A DNA stretch of 64,000 nt from Gemmatimonadales bacterium (GCA_039794085.1 JBDIWC010000002.1:64001-128000), one strand, 5' to 3'. Positions 20,056 through 30,302 are shown, numbered from the stretch's first letter. Notes: generated by a model from the sequence alone, not told the origin. A program made the numbers and translations.

Positions 20056-21560
20056 CTCACTCCCTCGTGCCGTGCCGCCTGACGCCAGGCGCTGGTGCTG
20101 GCGGTGTCCGCCCGGGTCCCTTCCGGGGCCACTGCCGGGCGGCTCTGGCGACGGCTCTCGTCCTCGGCCAGCGCGGCCACGATGGCGAGCGTGAGATCGC
20201 GTTCCGGATCGGAGGGTGCCTGGAGAAGGTCGGACCGGCGGTCGAGGAACTGGATGTCGATCTCGCCCCGCTGGAACTCGGCGTCAGCCAGGAGTCGGCG
20301 GTGGAAGGCCTGGTTGGTGGCCACTCCCACCACCACCAGCTCGTCGAGTGCCCTCCGCATCCGGGCCACACAGGCGTCCCGCGTGGGGGCTCTGACGATG
20401 AGCTTGGCGAGCATCGAGTCGTAGTGGAGGGTGACGTCATCGCCGACCGTGACGCCCGAGTCCCAGCGGACGCCGGGACCGGAGGGAATCTGAAGATAGG
20501 TTATCCGCCCCGTGGTGGGGAGGAATCCGTTGGCCGGGTCCTCGCTGGTGATCCGGCACTCCATGGCCCACCCCCGCGGCGCCAGGTCCCGGGAGGGAAG
20601 ACTGAGAGGCAGTCCCCGCGCGATCCGGAGCTGTTCCCGCACGAGATCCACCCCATACGCCATCTCGGTGACGGGGTGTTCCACCTGGATCCGGGTGTTC
20701 ATCTCCAGGAAGTAGAACTCGCCACCGGCCGTGAGCAGGAACTCACAGGTTCCCGCTCCCCGGTAGCCCACCGCCCGGGCCGCTGCCACGGCCGCGCGCC
20801 CCATGTGTTCGCGAAGGGCCGGGGACACCGCGACAGAGGGGGCTTCCTCCAGCAGCTTCTGGTGTCGCCGCTGGATCGAGCACTCCCGCTCGCCGAGATG
20901 AACGGCGCGTTCCTGGTCGGCCAGGATCTGAATCTCGACGTGCCGGGGCCGCTCGATGAACTTTTCGAGATACACCCCCGCGTCGCCGAAGGACCGGTCG
21001 GCCTCGGAGGCGGCGGCGCGGAGGGCCGCGGAGAGTTCCCCGGCTTCCCGCACCACGCGCATTCCCTTCCCTCCCCCGCCGGCGGCCGCCTTGACCATCA
21101 CGGGATACCCGAGGGAGTCCGCCAGGTCATGAGCCCTTTTCCCCTCGGTGATCGGCTCCTCGGTGCCGGGCACCACGGGCACGCCGGCTTCCTTCATCCG
21201 GCGGCGGGCCTCCGTCTTGTCCCCCATCGCCCGGATGGCATCCGCCGGAGGACCGACAAACACCAGCCCGGCCTCGGCCACCGCGTCGGCAAAGGCGGCT
21301 CGTTCCGCCAGGAATCCATAGCCCGGGTGGATCGCTCCAGCCCCGCTCTCCCGGGCCGCGGCGATCAGGCGGGGGATCGACAGGTAGCTCTCGGAGGGAG
21401 CGGCTCCCCCGATCAGAATCGCGGTGTCGGCCGCGCGCACATGGGGGCTCTGCCGGTCGGCGTCGGAATAGACCGCCACCGCCTCGAGCCCCTCCTCATG
21501 GCAGGCGCGGATGATGCGCAGGGCGATCTCCCCGCGATTGGCAATCAGGATGCGCTTCAT
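20052..21560 (-). CDS. accC: Biotin carboxylase subunit (AccC/PccA-like)
   Basis: ILIANRGEIA, HPGYGFLAE, GGGGKGMR, ECSIQRRHQK and EMNTRIQVEH. Confidence 0.93.
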   Translation of the reverse strand: MKRILIANRGEIALRIIRACHEEGLEAVAVYSDADRQSPHVRAADTAILIGGAAPSESYLSIPRLIAAARESGAGAIHPGYGFLAERAAFADAVAEAGLVFVGPPADAIRAMGDKTEARRRMKEAGVPVVPGTEEPITEGKRAHDLADSLGYPVMVKAAAGGGGKGMRVVREAGELSAALRAAASEADRSFGDAGVYLEKFIERPRHVEIQILADQERAVHLGERECSIQRRHQKLLEEAPSVAVSPALREHMGRAAVAAARAVGYRGAGTCEFLLTAGGEFYFLEMNTRIQVEHPVTEMAYGVDLVREQLRIARGLPLSLPSRDLAPRGWAMECRITSEDPANGFLPTTGRITYLQIPSGPGVRWDSGVTVGDDVTLHYDSMLAKLIVRAPTRDACVARMRRALDELVVVGVATNQAFHRRLLADAEFQRGEIDIQFLDRRSDLLQAPSDPERDLTLAIVAALAEDESRRQSRPAVAPEGTRADTASTSAWRQAARHEGVR

Positions 21561-21578
21561 GACCGGCCCCCGGCCCTC

Positions 21579-23132
21579 TCAGAGAGGAATGTTGCCATGT
21601 TTTTTCGCGGGGTTGCGGTCCCGCTTGGTGCGCAGCATCCGCAGCCCGTCGATCAGCCGAGGGCGGGTGTCCCGGGGATCGATCACGTCGTCGACGTAGC
21701 CTCGGGCGGCCGCCGCATAGGGATGGGCAAAGGTGGCGGTGTATTCCTCGATGCGCCGCTGCGCCTCGGCCTCGGGATCCTCCGCCGTCCGGATTTCCTC
21801 GCGGAAGAGAATTTCCACCGCCCCCTTCGGACCCATCACGGCGATCTCGGCGGTCGGCCAGGCGAGGTTGATGTCGCCCCGGATGTGCTTGGAACTCATG
21901 ACGTCGTAGGCGCCGCCGTACGCCTTGCGGGTGATCACCGTGAGTTTGGGCACGGTGGCCTCGCAGAAAGCGTACAGCAACTTGGCGCCGTGCCGGATGA
22001 TGCCCCCATGCTCCTGGGCCACTCCGGGAAGGAAGCCCGGCACGTCCACCAGGGTGACCAGCGGGATGTTGAAGGCATCGCAGAACCGGATGAACCGGGC
22101 CGCCTTGACCGAGGCGTTGATGTCGAGAACTCCGGCGAGGACCGCGGGCTGGTTGGCCACCACCCCCACCGGCTCGCCTCCGAGACGGGCAAATCCCACG
22201 AGGATGTTGCCGGCCCAGGCCGCGTGAATCTCGACGAATCGTCCGTCGTCCACGACGGCGCCGATGACGTCGTGCATGTCATACGGCTGCGAGGAGAGGT
22301 CCGGGATCACGTCCAGGAGCGAGGCCTCCCGCCGATCCTCGGGGTCGGTGGAGGGATGCCGCGGGGGATCATCGAGATTGTTGGCCGGAAGGAACGCCAT
22401 CAGATCCCGCACGGCGGCGAGGCACTCCGCCTCGGAGTCGAACACACTCGCGGCGAGTCCGCTGGTCTCGGCATGGACATCCGCTCCGCCGAGTCCCTCG
22501 AAGGTCACTTCCTCATGGGTGACGGTCTTCACGACGTTGGGTCCGGTGACGAACATGTAGCTGACGCCGCGCACCATGAACACAAAGTCCGTGATGGCGG
22601 GACTGTACACCGCTCCGCCGGCACAGGGACCGAGAATCACGGAGATCTGAGGAATGACGCCGGAGGCGAGAGTATTCCGGAGGAAGATGTCCGCGTATCC
22701 CCCCAGGGAAGCCACGCCTTCCTGGATCCGAGCGCCACCCGAGTCGTTCAGGCCGATGATGGGGGCCCCGTTCCGCACCGCCAGATCCATCACCTTGCAG
22801 ATCTTCTGGGCGTGGGTTTCCGACAGCGAGCCGCCGAACACGGTGAAGTCCTGGGAGAAGACGTAGACCAGTTTCCCGTTGATCCTTCCGTATCCGGTCA
22901 CCACACCGTCCCCCGGGATCTTCTGATCCGCCAGACCGAAGTCGTCGCACCGATGGGTGACGAACCGGTCGAATTCGACCAGGCTGCCCTCATCGAGCAG
23001 GAGATCGAGACGCTCCCGGGCGGTCAGCTTGCCCTTGGCGTGCTGCTGGGCGATCCGCTTCGGACCCCCCCCCTGCTCCGCTTCGGCCTGGTGCTGCCGA
23101 AGGGTGTCGAGACGTGCGTGGGAATCTGGCAT
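21579..23132 (-). CDS. pccB: Acyl-CoA (propionyl-CoA-type) carboxylase carboxyltransferase beta subunit
   Basis: [30 protein letters not shown] and KKHGNIPL. Confidence 0.9.
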   Translation of the reverse strand: MPDSHARLDTLRQHQAEAEQGGGPKRIAQQHAKGKLTARERLDLLLDEGSLVEFDRFVTHRCDDFGLADQKIPGDGVVTGYGRINGKLVYVFSQDFTVFGGSLSETHAQKICKVMDLAVRNGAPIIGLNDSGGARIQEGVASLGGYADIFLRNTLASGVIPQISVILGPCAGGAVYSPAITDFVFMVRGVSYMFVTGPNVVKTVTHEEVTFEGLGGADVHAETSGLAASVFDSEAECLAAVRDLMAFLPANNLDDPPRHPSTDPEDRREASLLDVIPDLSSQPYDMHDVIGAVVDDGRFVEIHAAWAGNILVGFARLGGEPVGVVANQPAVLAGVLDINASVKAARFIRFCDAFNIPLVTLVDVPGFLPGVAQEHGGIIRHGAKLLYAFCEATVPKLTVITRKAYGGAYDVMSSKHIRGDINLAWPTAEIAVMGPKGAVEILFREEIRTAEDPEAEAQRRIEEYTATFAHPYAAAARGYVDDVIDPRDTRPRLIDGLRMLRTKRDRNPAKKHGNIPL

Positions 23133-23244
23133 AGAGAGGGGAATCTGCCCTGCCCGAGGAGGAAGGTCAAAACGGCGCGGGGCCGGGAGTCATGGATCCC
23201 GACCCCGCGCGGAGAATCACCGGGGATCCGAGCCCCCGATCGGC

Positions 23245-25035
23245 TCAGTCATCGTCGACCGGGTCGTCCTCGTAGACGGGCCGGACCGGCGGAATGATCG
23301 GTTCGTCGGGATAGCCCGTGACTTCGAGCACGATCCGATGGTGGATCGGATCCACCTCGAGAATCGAGGCCTCCACCACCTGCCCCTCCTTCACCACCTC
23401 CGCGGGGTCCTCGACGTTCTCGTGCTCCTGTCCCATCTGGGACACGGGAACGAACCCTTCGAGATCCGAGCCCATGTCGACCACGAAACCCTTGTCCATG
23501 AGGCGCACGATGCGACCCTTGATCGCGGTGCCGACCGGGTAGGTCTCGCCGATGGTGAGCCAGGGGTCCTCGGCCGCCTGCTTGAGCCCCAGGGAAATCC
23601 GCTTGTTCTCGCCATCGATGTTGAGGACCAGAACGGTGACGGTGTCCCCCTTCTTGACCACCTCGCTCGGGTGCTGCACCCGCTTGGTCCAGGACATGTC
23701 GGAGATGTGGATCAGGCCGTCAATGCCGGGCTCGAGCTCCACGAATGCGCCGAAGCTGGTCAGGTTGCGGACCTTGCCGGTGATCCGGGTCCCGACGGGA
23801 TACTTCTCCGGGAGCGTCATCCACGGGTCCTGCTCGGTCTGCTTCATGCCGAGAGAGATCTTCTCGTCGCCCTCGTCCACCTTCAGGACCACCGCATCGA
23901 TGGTCTCGCCGATGCTGACGATCTTCGACGGATGACGCACGTTGCGGGTCCAACTCATCTCGGAGATGTGGACCAGCCCCTCGATGCCCGGCTCGAGTTC
24001 CACGAAGGCCCCGTAGTTGGTGATGGACACGACCTTGCCCTGCACCCGGCTGCCCACGGGATACTTCTCGGCCACATCCTTCCACGGATACGACTGCAAC
24101 TGCTTCATGCCGAGACTGATCCGCTCCCGCTGCCAGTCGATGTCGAGGATCTTGATCTCGACTTCCTTCCCGATGGCCACCATTTCCGACGGGTGAGACA
24201 CCCGGCCGTAGGACATGTCGGTGATGTGCAGGAGACCGTCAACTCCCCCGAGGTCGATGAAGGCCCCGAAGTCGGTGATGTTCTTCACCACACCGGTCCG
24301 CACCTGGCCGACCTCGAGCTCCTTCATGAGGAACTCGCGCTTGTTGGCTCGATCGGCTTCGAGAATGACCCGGCGGCTCACGACGATGTTGCGGCGACGC
24401 TTGTTCAGCTTGATGATCTTGAATTCATACGACGACCCGAGAAGCTCGTCGATGTTGGGCACGCGGCGGAGTGCGATCTGCGACCCGGGAAGAAAGGCAT
24501 CGACCCCCATCACGCTGACCACCACGCCCCCCTTGATCTTCTTCATCAGGGTGCCCTCGACCGGCTCATCGTTCTCGAAGGCGTGGCGGATCTTCTCCCA
24601 GACCCGCATGAAGTCGGCCTTCTTCTTCGACAGTACCACCGCCCCGTCCTGATCCTCCAGATGCTCGAGGAAGACTTCGACCTCGTCTCCCTCCTTCAGC
24701 GACCCGGGATCCTGGAACTCCTCGATGGGAATGGACCCTTCGGACTTGAAGCCGACATCGAGAATCACCGCGTTGTCGGTGACCCGCAGGACCCGCGACT
24801 TGACGATCTCCCCCTCGACGATCGAGGCCATGGTGCCCTCGTACATCGAGAGCATCTCCTCATACTCCGACTCGGAGTAGGTATCGTCGTACAGGTCGTC
24901 GCGGACCCGGATGGCCATCGCGGGCTTGACCGTGGCCGTGGTGCTCGCGCTCTCCCGAATCTCCTCGGGGACCGTGTCGGGTGCGGGGGCAGTCTCGGAG
25001 ACGGCAGCGGGGGTGGAAGGATCTGATTCTGGCAT
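23245..25035 (-). CDS. rpsA: 30S ribosomal protein S1
   Basis: Repeated S1 domains (FGAFIDLGGVDGLLHITD, YGAFVELEPGIEGLVHISE). Lies downstream of cmk. Start uncertain. Confidence 0.96.
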   Translation of the reverse strand: MPESDPSTPAAVSETAPAPDTVPEEIRESASTTATVKPAMAIRVRDDLYDDTYSESEYEEMLSMYEGTMASIVEGEIVKSRVLRVTDNAVILDVGFKSEGSIPIEEFQDPGSLKEGDEVEVFLEHLEDQDGAVVLSKKKADFMRVWEKIRHAFENDEPVEGTLMKKIKGGVVVSVMGVDAFLPGSQIALRRVPNIDELLGSSYEFKIIKLNKRRRNIVVSRRVILEADRANKREFLMKELEVGQVRTGVVKNITDFGAFIDLGGVDGLLHITDMSYGRVSHPSEMVAIGKEVEIKILDIDWQRERISLGMKQLQSYPWKDVAEKYPVGSRVQGKVVSITNYGAFVELEPGIEGLVHISEMSWTRNVRHPSKIVSIGETIDAVVLKVDEGDEKISLGMKQTEQDPWMTLPEKYPVGTRITGKVRNLTSFGAFVELEPGIDGLIHISDMSWTKRVQHPSEVVKKGDTVTVLVLNIDGENKRISLGLKQAAEDPWLTIGETYPVGTAIKGRIVRLMDKGFVVDMGSDLEGFVPVSQMGQEHENVEDPAEVVKEGQVVEASILEVDPIHHRIVLEVTGYPDEPIIPPVRPVYEDDPVDDD

Positions 25036-25133
25036 GGGAGGGCATCCGTACCGGCGCTCCGGCGGGGAGCCGGTCACCGGGGTTCAGGGTGAGCGTCCAG
25101 GGGCCGAGTGCCTCTGGACCTGAGCCCTGCAAC

Positions 25134-25850
25134 CTACACTGTGGGATGGTTCTGGAACAAGGGGTGCTTCCGTGCCAAGGCCACGATTCTGGCCACCTGA
25201 TCTTCGAATTCCAGATCGGAGGTGTCAAGGTGAACCGCGTCGGGGGCAGACCTCAACGGGGCGACCTCTCTCCCGGCATCCAGGCGGTCCCGCGCCTTGA
25301 GCCGGTCGGCCTCCTCCGCGAGGATCGGGGCGGCGGGAGAGGTTCCGCCCCCCGCCTGCGCCAGCCGGCGCCGGGCTCGTACCTCCGCCGAGGCGGTCAG
25401 GAAGACCTTGACCGGGGCTTCGGGCACGACCACGGTGCCAATGTCCCGGCCATCGAGCACCACGGGTCGCCCCAGCTCTACTATCGCCTCCCGGAGCATC
25501 CGGGTGACCCAGGTCCGGATCCCGGGCCGTGCCGAGATCGCACTCACACCCGCCGTCACCTCCGGGCTCCTGATCGCCGGCTCGGCGGTCCGGCCATCGA
25601 TCATGGGGACCAGCGCATCGCCCGCCCGGCGGAGATGGACCCCGCGTTGCCGCACCGCGTCGAGAATGGCCTCGTCACTGGCCGGCTGGGGCACCTGTCC
25701 CGCCACGAGAGTCACCGCCCGGTACAACGCCCCGGTGTCCAGGTGCCAGGCGCCGAGAGCATGGGCCACGGCATGTGCCGTGCTCGATTTTCCCGAGGCG
25801 GCCGGTCCGTCGATCGCCACGACGGGGGGAGGCGTGGGAGCGGTCATCAC
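25134..25850 (-). CDS. cmk: Cytidylate kinase
   Basis: AIDGPAASGKS, DTGALYR and DGRDIGTVV. Confidence 0.96.
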   Translation of the reverse strand: MMTAPTPPPVVAIDGPAASGKSSTAHAVAHALGAWHLDTGALYRAVTLVAGQVPQPASDEAILDAVRQRGVHLRRAGDALVPMIDGRTAEPAIRSPEVTAGVSAISARPGIRTWVTRMLREAIVELGRPVVLDGRDIGTVVVPEAPVKVFLTASAEVRARRRLAQAGGGTSPAAPILAEEADRLKARDRLDAGREVAPLRSAPDAVHLDTSDLEFEDQVARIVALARKHPLFQNHPTV

Positions 25851-27115
25851 CGGCCTTCGAGGGAGGCAAGTGCTTTCCAGAAACCGGGGAAACTCACCCC
25901 GGCACAGGCGGGATTATCCACGACCAGGTCCACCCCGGGTGACTCCCCCAATACACCGAATGCCATGGCCAGGCGGTGGTCATCCGCGGTGCGGATCAGC
26001 CCCTTCAGCGGACCCCGGGTGCCCGTCACGCGGAGAGTATCACCCTCAGCCACCGCCTCGACGCCCAGGCCCCGCAGATTCGTGGCCAGGAGGCCGAGCC
26101 GGTCACTCTCCTTCACGCGGAGCTCTCCAACCTGGTGGAACGTCGTGGTCCCGTGACATCTCGCGGCGAGCGCGGCCAGGACCGGGATCTCGTCAATCAC
26201 CCCGGGCACTTCGGACGCGGGGATGTCGGTGGCCTGGAGATCGCCAGGAGTGAGGACCAGATCACCAATCGGTTCGCCGAGCACCGTCCCCCGCTGCTCC
26301 GTCTCCACCACCGCTCCCATCCTTCGGATGACCGCGAGAAACCCTGTCCTCGTCGGATTCAGAGCCACCCCGGAGATCCGCAGCCGCCGGGGGGATCGGC
26401 CGAGCATCGCCGCCGCCAGGAGAAAGGCCGCAGAGGAGGGATCTCCCGGAATCTCCGTGCTGAAGGGCTCCAGGCAGCCGCTGGACGGATCGAAGTCGAT
26501 CCACCCCTCGCGGATCGGCAGGGCGAAACCAAACGCGGCGAGGAGGCGTTCCGTGTGATCACGGGACGTCCCTCCCACTCCCTCCCGCACGGCGACGGGA
26601 ACGCGACCGGAAAGACCCGCGAGCAGGAGGGCACTCTTGACCTGGGCACTCGCGACCGGCATCGCGTAGCGCAGCGGGCGGAGGTTCCCGCCCTGGATCG
26701 TGAGGGGGAGCCGGTCTCCGGAATCGGCCCCGGCGATGAGGGCCCCCATCGCCGCCAGCGGGTCCGTGACCCTGCGCATCGGCCGACGGCGGAGGGAACG
26801 ATCCCCGGTGACCGTGGCCCCGAACGGGTGGCCCGCGAGAAGCCCGAGGAGAAGACGGGCCGCCGTGCCGCTGTTTCCACAGTCGAGGGGGATCCGGGGT
26901 GCGGAGAACCGGGATACCCCTTTCACGGTCACCACCGCGCCCTCACGGAGGGGAGAGATACCGGCTCCAAGCTGGCGCAGAACCCGGGCGGTGGAGCGGG
27001 CATCAAGCGCGGTCAGGGCTCCTCCGATTTTCGACCGGCCCGGGGAAAGGGCGGCAACCATCAAGACCCGGTGGGTGATGCTCTTGTCCCCGGGGACCGT
27101 CAGAGCGTGCGGCAT
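25847..27115 (-). CDS. aroA: 3-phosphoshikimate 1-carboxyvinyltransferase (EPSP synthase)
   Basis: VPGDKSITHR, DCGNSGT, SAQVKS, LRVKESDR and DHRLAMA. Confidence 0.97.
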   Translation of the reverse strand: MPHALTVPGDKSITHRVLMVAALSPGRSKIGGALTALDARSTARVLRQLGAGISPLREGAVVTVKGVSRFSAPRIPLDCGNSGTAARLLLGLLAGHPFGATVTGDRSLRRRPMRRVTDPLAAMGALIAGADSGDRLPLTIQGGNLRPLRYAMPVASAQVKSALLLAGLSGRVPVAVREGVGGTSRDHTERLLAAFGFALPIREGWIDFDPSSGCLEPFSTEIPGDPSSAAFLLAAAMLGRSPRRLRISGVALNPTRTGFLAVIRRMGAVVETEQRGTVLGEPIGDLVLTPGDLQATDIPASEVPGVIDEIPVLAALAARCHGTTTFHQVGELRVKESDRLGLLATNLRGLGVEAVAEGDTLRVTGTRGPLKGLIRTADDHRLAMAFGVLGESPGVDLVVDNPACAGVSFPGFWKALASLEGR

Positions 27116-27299
27116 TCGCGTGGCACCTTGGAGCGAAAAGAAGGGTTCGGGGAGAAATCTGATTTCACCACTGGGAGAATGCCCTGGAGACCGGTTTTCC
27201 CTAGATGATTGGCCTGCCACCACTTAAGTTAACATGACCGGATACTTTCCCGGTGATCGTCCGTGAACGCCTCTTTCCCTGGAGCTCCGCGAGCCCACT

Positions 27300-29546
27300 G
27301 TGACCCACCCCTCCCCTGCGACTCTGTCCGCCAGAAGCGACACCTGGTTGGTGGACGTCCTGGTCTCTGCGGGAATCATCTCCCAGGACATCGGGCAGGA
27401 ACTCTGTGCCGACACGGAGTCCATCTGGTCGGCCGTGGTTCGGCGCGGAATGGCGAGCGACGAACTCGTGGTCAAGATCCTCAGCAACCGGTTCGCGGTG
27501 AAGCTCGCCGACTTTTCCGAACTGGACACCAGGGCCACAGCTTTCGTGCCGGAGTCCATGGCCCGGAAACATCTCATCGTTCCGCTGGGAGCGGATGACC
27601 GGCGCATCAAGATCGCCACGGCGGACCCCCGCGACCTGGACCTGGAAAAGGCCCTGGAGTTTGTCACCAGTCGGTCGGTTGAGTTCCGCCTCGCGGCTCC
27701 CTCGGTCCTGCGCCAGAGACTCGACGACATCTACCGTCCGGAGCGGAGCGTCAACCGCCTGCTGAGCGGCCTCACGCCGGCCAGCCTGGAGCAGGTCGAG
27801 GACACGGGGACGCCCGGGTCCGAGGGAACGCTCGATGCCCCGATGACGCGACTGGTGGATGCGATGATCGGCGACGCCGTCCGAGAAGGGGCGAGCGACA
27901 TTCATGGAGAGCCGGTCGAGGGCCTCATGTCGGTGCGGTACCGGATCGACGGGATTCTGCACGAGGTCATGCGGCTTCCCGGATCGGCCGGCCCCGCCCT
28001 GGTGAGGCGGGTCAAGATTCTTGGCAAGCTCGACGTCACCGACCCCCTCCGGCCCCACGATGGCCGGGCCGCGGTCCGGGTGGACGGTCGGGTGATCGAT
28101 CTTCGGATCTCCACCGTGCCCATCGCCCGCCGGGGTGAAAAGGTGGTCATCCGCATCCTGAACCGGACCAACCTGAGAGCCACGATCGCGGACCTCCGAC
28201 TCCCCCCCGAGGAGGAGCGCCTGTTCCAGGGCCTGGTGAAGCACCGTGACGGCATGCTGCTGGTGACGGGTCCCACGGGGAGCGGGAAGACCACCACGTT
28301 GTACGCCGTCCTCAATCAGCTCAAGACAGGTGAGGTGAACATCGTCACGATCGAGGACCCGGTCGAGTACGATATCGGGGGGATATCCCAGTTGCAGGTG
28401 AACGAAGACCAGGGGTTCACCTTCGCGGCGGCGCTGCGTTCGGTCCTGCGGCAAGACCCGGATATTGTGCTCGTGGGAGAGATCCGGGACGGCGAGACCG
28501 CCAACATCGCCATCCAGGCGGGGCAGACCGGCCATTTCGTCCTGTCCACTCTCCACACCAACGACGCGGCCTCCGCCATTCCGCGCCTGCGGGACCTCGG
28601 CGTGGATGGATTCAACCTCGCGGCGGTGCTTCGGGGAGTGCTGGCCCAGCGGCTGGTACGGCGCCTCTGCCCCGAGTGTTCCACGCCGATGGAGGTGGGT
28701 CTGCTCCCTGCGGAGGCACAGCCGCCGGCCGGAGTGAGCGCGACCCCCCGGCGGTCCGCCGGGTGCAAGGCCTGCGGGGGGTCCGGGTATCGGGGACGGA
28801 TCGCCATCCTGGAGATCATGCCCGTCGATGATCGAATGGCCCATTTGATCGAGAAGGGTGCCATGCCGGATGTCCTCGCCGAGTCCGCCCGCGCACTCGG
28901 CATGCGGACGCTCTGGCAGAGCGGACTCGACCGGGTCTGGCGAGGTCAGACGTCGATCGACGAAATTGTGCGGGTGCTCGGGGACCGGGCGGGAGACGAC
29001 CCGACGGTCCTCGCCGACGAGCCGGTTGCCTTGAAGGAGCTCCTGCCCGATCTCCTGGGCTCGACCGCCGGCGGCATGTCCGACCTGGCGGCCCCCGACA
29101 CGGAGTCGGCGTCACGCGTGTCTCCCCCACCGTCCCCTGTCCCCCGCGCGGTCCAGACCGCCCCTGGATCCTCCGCACCCCGCATCCTCGTGGCCGATGA
29201 CGATGCGCAGATGCGGAAACTGGTTCGCATGATCCTCAAGCGGGAGGGTTTCCTGGTTGAGGAAGCGGCTGATGGCCTCGATGCGCTGGAGGTCATGGAC
29301 TCCCACCCGGTGGACCTGCTGATCCTCGACCTGGACATGCCCCGTCTGGATGGGCTCGGGGTGCTGGAAGAGTTGCGGGCCCGGGTGCTCACCTCCAGCA
29401 TTCCGGTCATCGTCCTGACGGCCCGATCGGACGACACGGAAGTGAAAGCGCTGGACCTGGGTGCCCAGGACTACCTCACGAAGCCGGTCCAACCCTCCTC
29501 CCTCGCCGCCCGAGTCAAGGCGGTTCTGCGGCGTTCACGGCTCTGA
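27300..29546 (+). CDS. GspE/PilB-family secretion or pilus ATPase fused to a C-terminal response-regulator receiver domain
   Basis: ASDIH, Walker A GPTGSGKTT, TIEDPVEY, LRQDPDIVLVGEIRD, His box TGHFVLSTLHTND and CPEC/CKAC zinc motif. From about 29181: ILVADDD...LLILDLDMP...VLTA...YLTKP. Confidence 0.93.
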   Translation: MTHPSPATLSARSDTWLVDVLVSAGIISQDIGQELCADTESIWSAVVRRGMASDELVVKILSNRFAVKLADFSELDTRATAFVPESMARKHLIVPLGADDRRIKIATADPRDLDLEKALEFVTSRSVEFRLAAPSVLRQRLDDIYRPERSVNRLLSGLTPASLEQVEDTGTPGSEGTLDAPMTRLVDAMIGDAVREGASDIHGEPVEGLMSVRYRIDGILHEVMRLPGSAGPALVRRVKILGKLDVTDPLRPHDGRAAVRVDGRVIDLRISTVPIARRGEKVVIRILNRTNLRATIADLRLPPEEERLFQGLVKHRDGMLLVTGPTGSGKTTTLYAVLNQLKTGEVNIVTIEDPVEYDIGGISQLQVNEDQGFTFAAALRSVLRQDPDIVLVGEIRDGETANIAIQAGQTGHFVLSTLHTNDAASAIPRLRDLGVDGFNLAAVLRGVLAQRLVRRLCPECSTPMEVGLLPAEAQPPAGVSATPRRSAGCKACGGSGYRGRIAILEIMPVDDRMAHLIEKGAMPDVLAESARALGMRTLWQSGLDRVWRGQTSIDEIVRVLGDRAGDDPTVLADEPVALKELLPDLLGSTAGGMSDLAAPDTESASRVSPPPSPVPRAVQTAPGSSAPRILVADDDAQMRKLVRMILKREGFLVEEAADGLDALEVMDSHPVDLLILDLDMPRLDGLGVLEELRARVLTSSIPVIVLTARSDDTEVKALDLGAQDYLTKPVQPSSLAARVKAVLRRSRL

Positions 29547-29574
29547 GAAGCCTCTCATCCACGGAGCACACGGC

Positions 29575-30060
29575 ATGGATCACCCGCCCCCGGGTACTTC
29601 AGACAAGCAGGAGCTCCTCTCCGCCTTCGACCAGGTCGTCACGCGGGAGCAGGAACGGGACACCGCGGCGCCTCCCCCTCCGCCCCGCCGACCCGTGCGG
29701 GGCGGTCTCGTGGTGGCCGGAGCGCTGTCCTATCTCTTTCTGGCCTATATGTGGATCGGCAAGCCCGACTGGCTCTTTGCGCCTGACGCTCCTCCCCATC
29801 CCCTCAATGTCGAGGCCGCTCTCCGGATGGAACTCTACCTGCATGGGGCGGCACTCCACGACCATCTGGCAGCCACTGGCCGGCTCCCGTTCACCCTCGA
29901 CGAGGTCAGCACGCCCGAATCCGTCGTGGAGTACCAGCGGATGGGTGACAGCACGTGGGTGCTCAGGGGCACGGAGGGGTCGGTATCTCTGACCCTTCGT
30001 TCCACCGATCCGCTGGAGCCGTTTCTCGGGAACAGCCTGCTCGAACTGGGAGTGAAGTAG
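29575..30060 (+). CDS. Hypothetical single-pass membrane protein (paralog of 31228-31728)
   Basis: ATG 29575 follows GGAG. One hydrophobic segment (GLVVAGALSYLFLAYMWIG) and GRLPFTLDEV. Confidence 0.75.
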   Translation: MDHPPPGTSDKQELLSAFDQVVTREQERDTAAPPPPPRRPVRGGLVVAGALSYLFLAYMWIGKPDWLFAPDAPPHPLNVEAALRMELYLHGAALHDHLAATGRLPFTLDEVSTPESVVEYQRMGDSTWVLRGTEGSVSLTLRSTDPLEPFLGNSLLELGVK

Positions 30061-30063
30061 GCC

Positions 30064-30293
30064 AGGACGCAGGGCGCAGGACCAGGACAAAGGACAAAGG
30101 ACAAAGGACAAAGGACGTAGGACATGGGACACAGGACATGGAAAGGGCGGGACATTCAACGATAGTCATCCCGGCGAAGGTCGGGATCCGGGGTGGAGAT
30201 CCTGGTGGGTCGAACCGATTCCGGCGCGTGGAGACTGACGGTTGACCAGAGATCCCCATGTTCTATGTCCTATGTCCCATGTCCTACGTCCTA
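30064..30293. repeat. Inverted heptamer (AGGACNN) tandem-repeat element enclosing a REP-like hairpin
   Basis: About 11 AGGAC(AA/AT/GT/GC)-type units at 30064-30139 and a reverse-complement tract at about 30255-30293. GTCATCCCGGCGAAGGTCGGGATCC at 30165-30189. Confidence 0.85.
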
Positions 30294-30302
30294 GTCAGTT
30301 CC

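Noticed and set aside
20067..23297. Very long plus-strand ORFs (1076 aa here; also 4663-7182, 22957-25026, 37800-39737 and others)
   Set aside because: They are antisense shadows of real minus-strand genes, as expected from high-GC codon bias.
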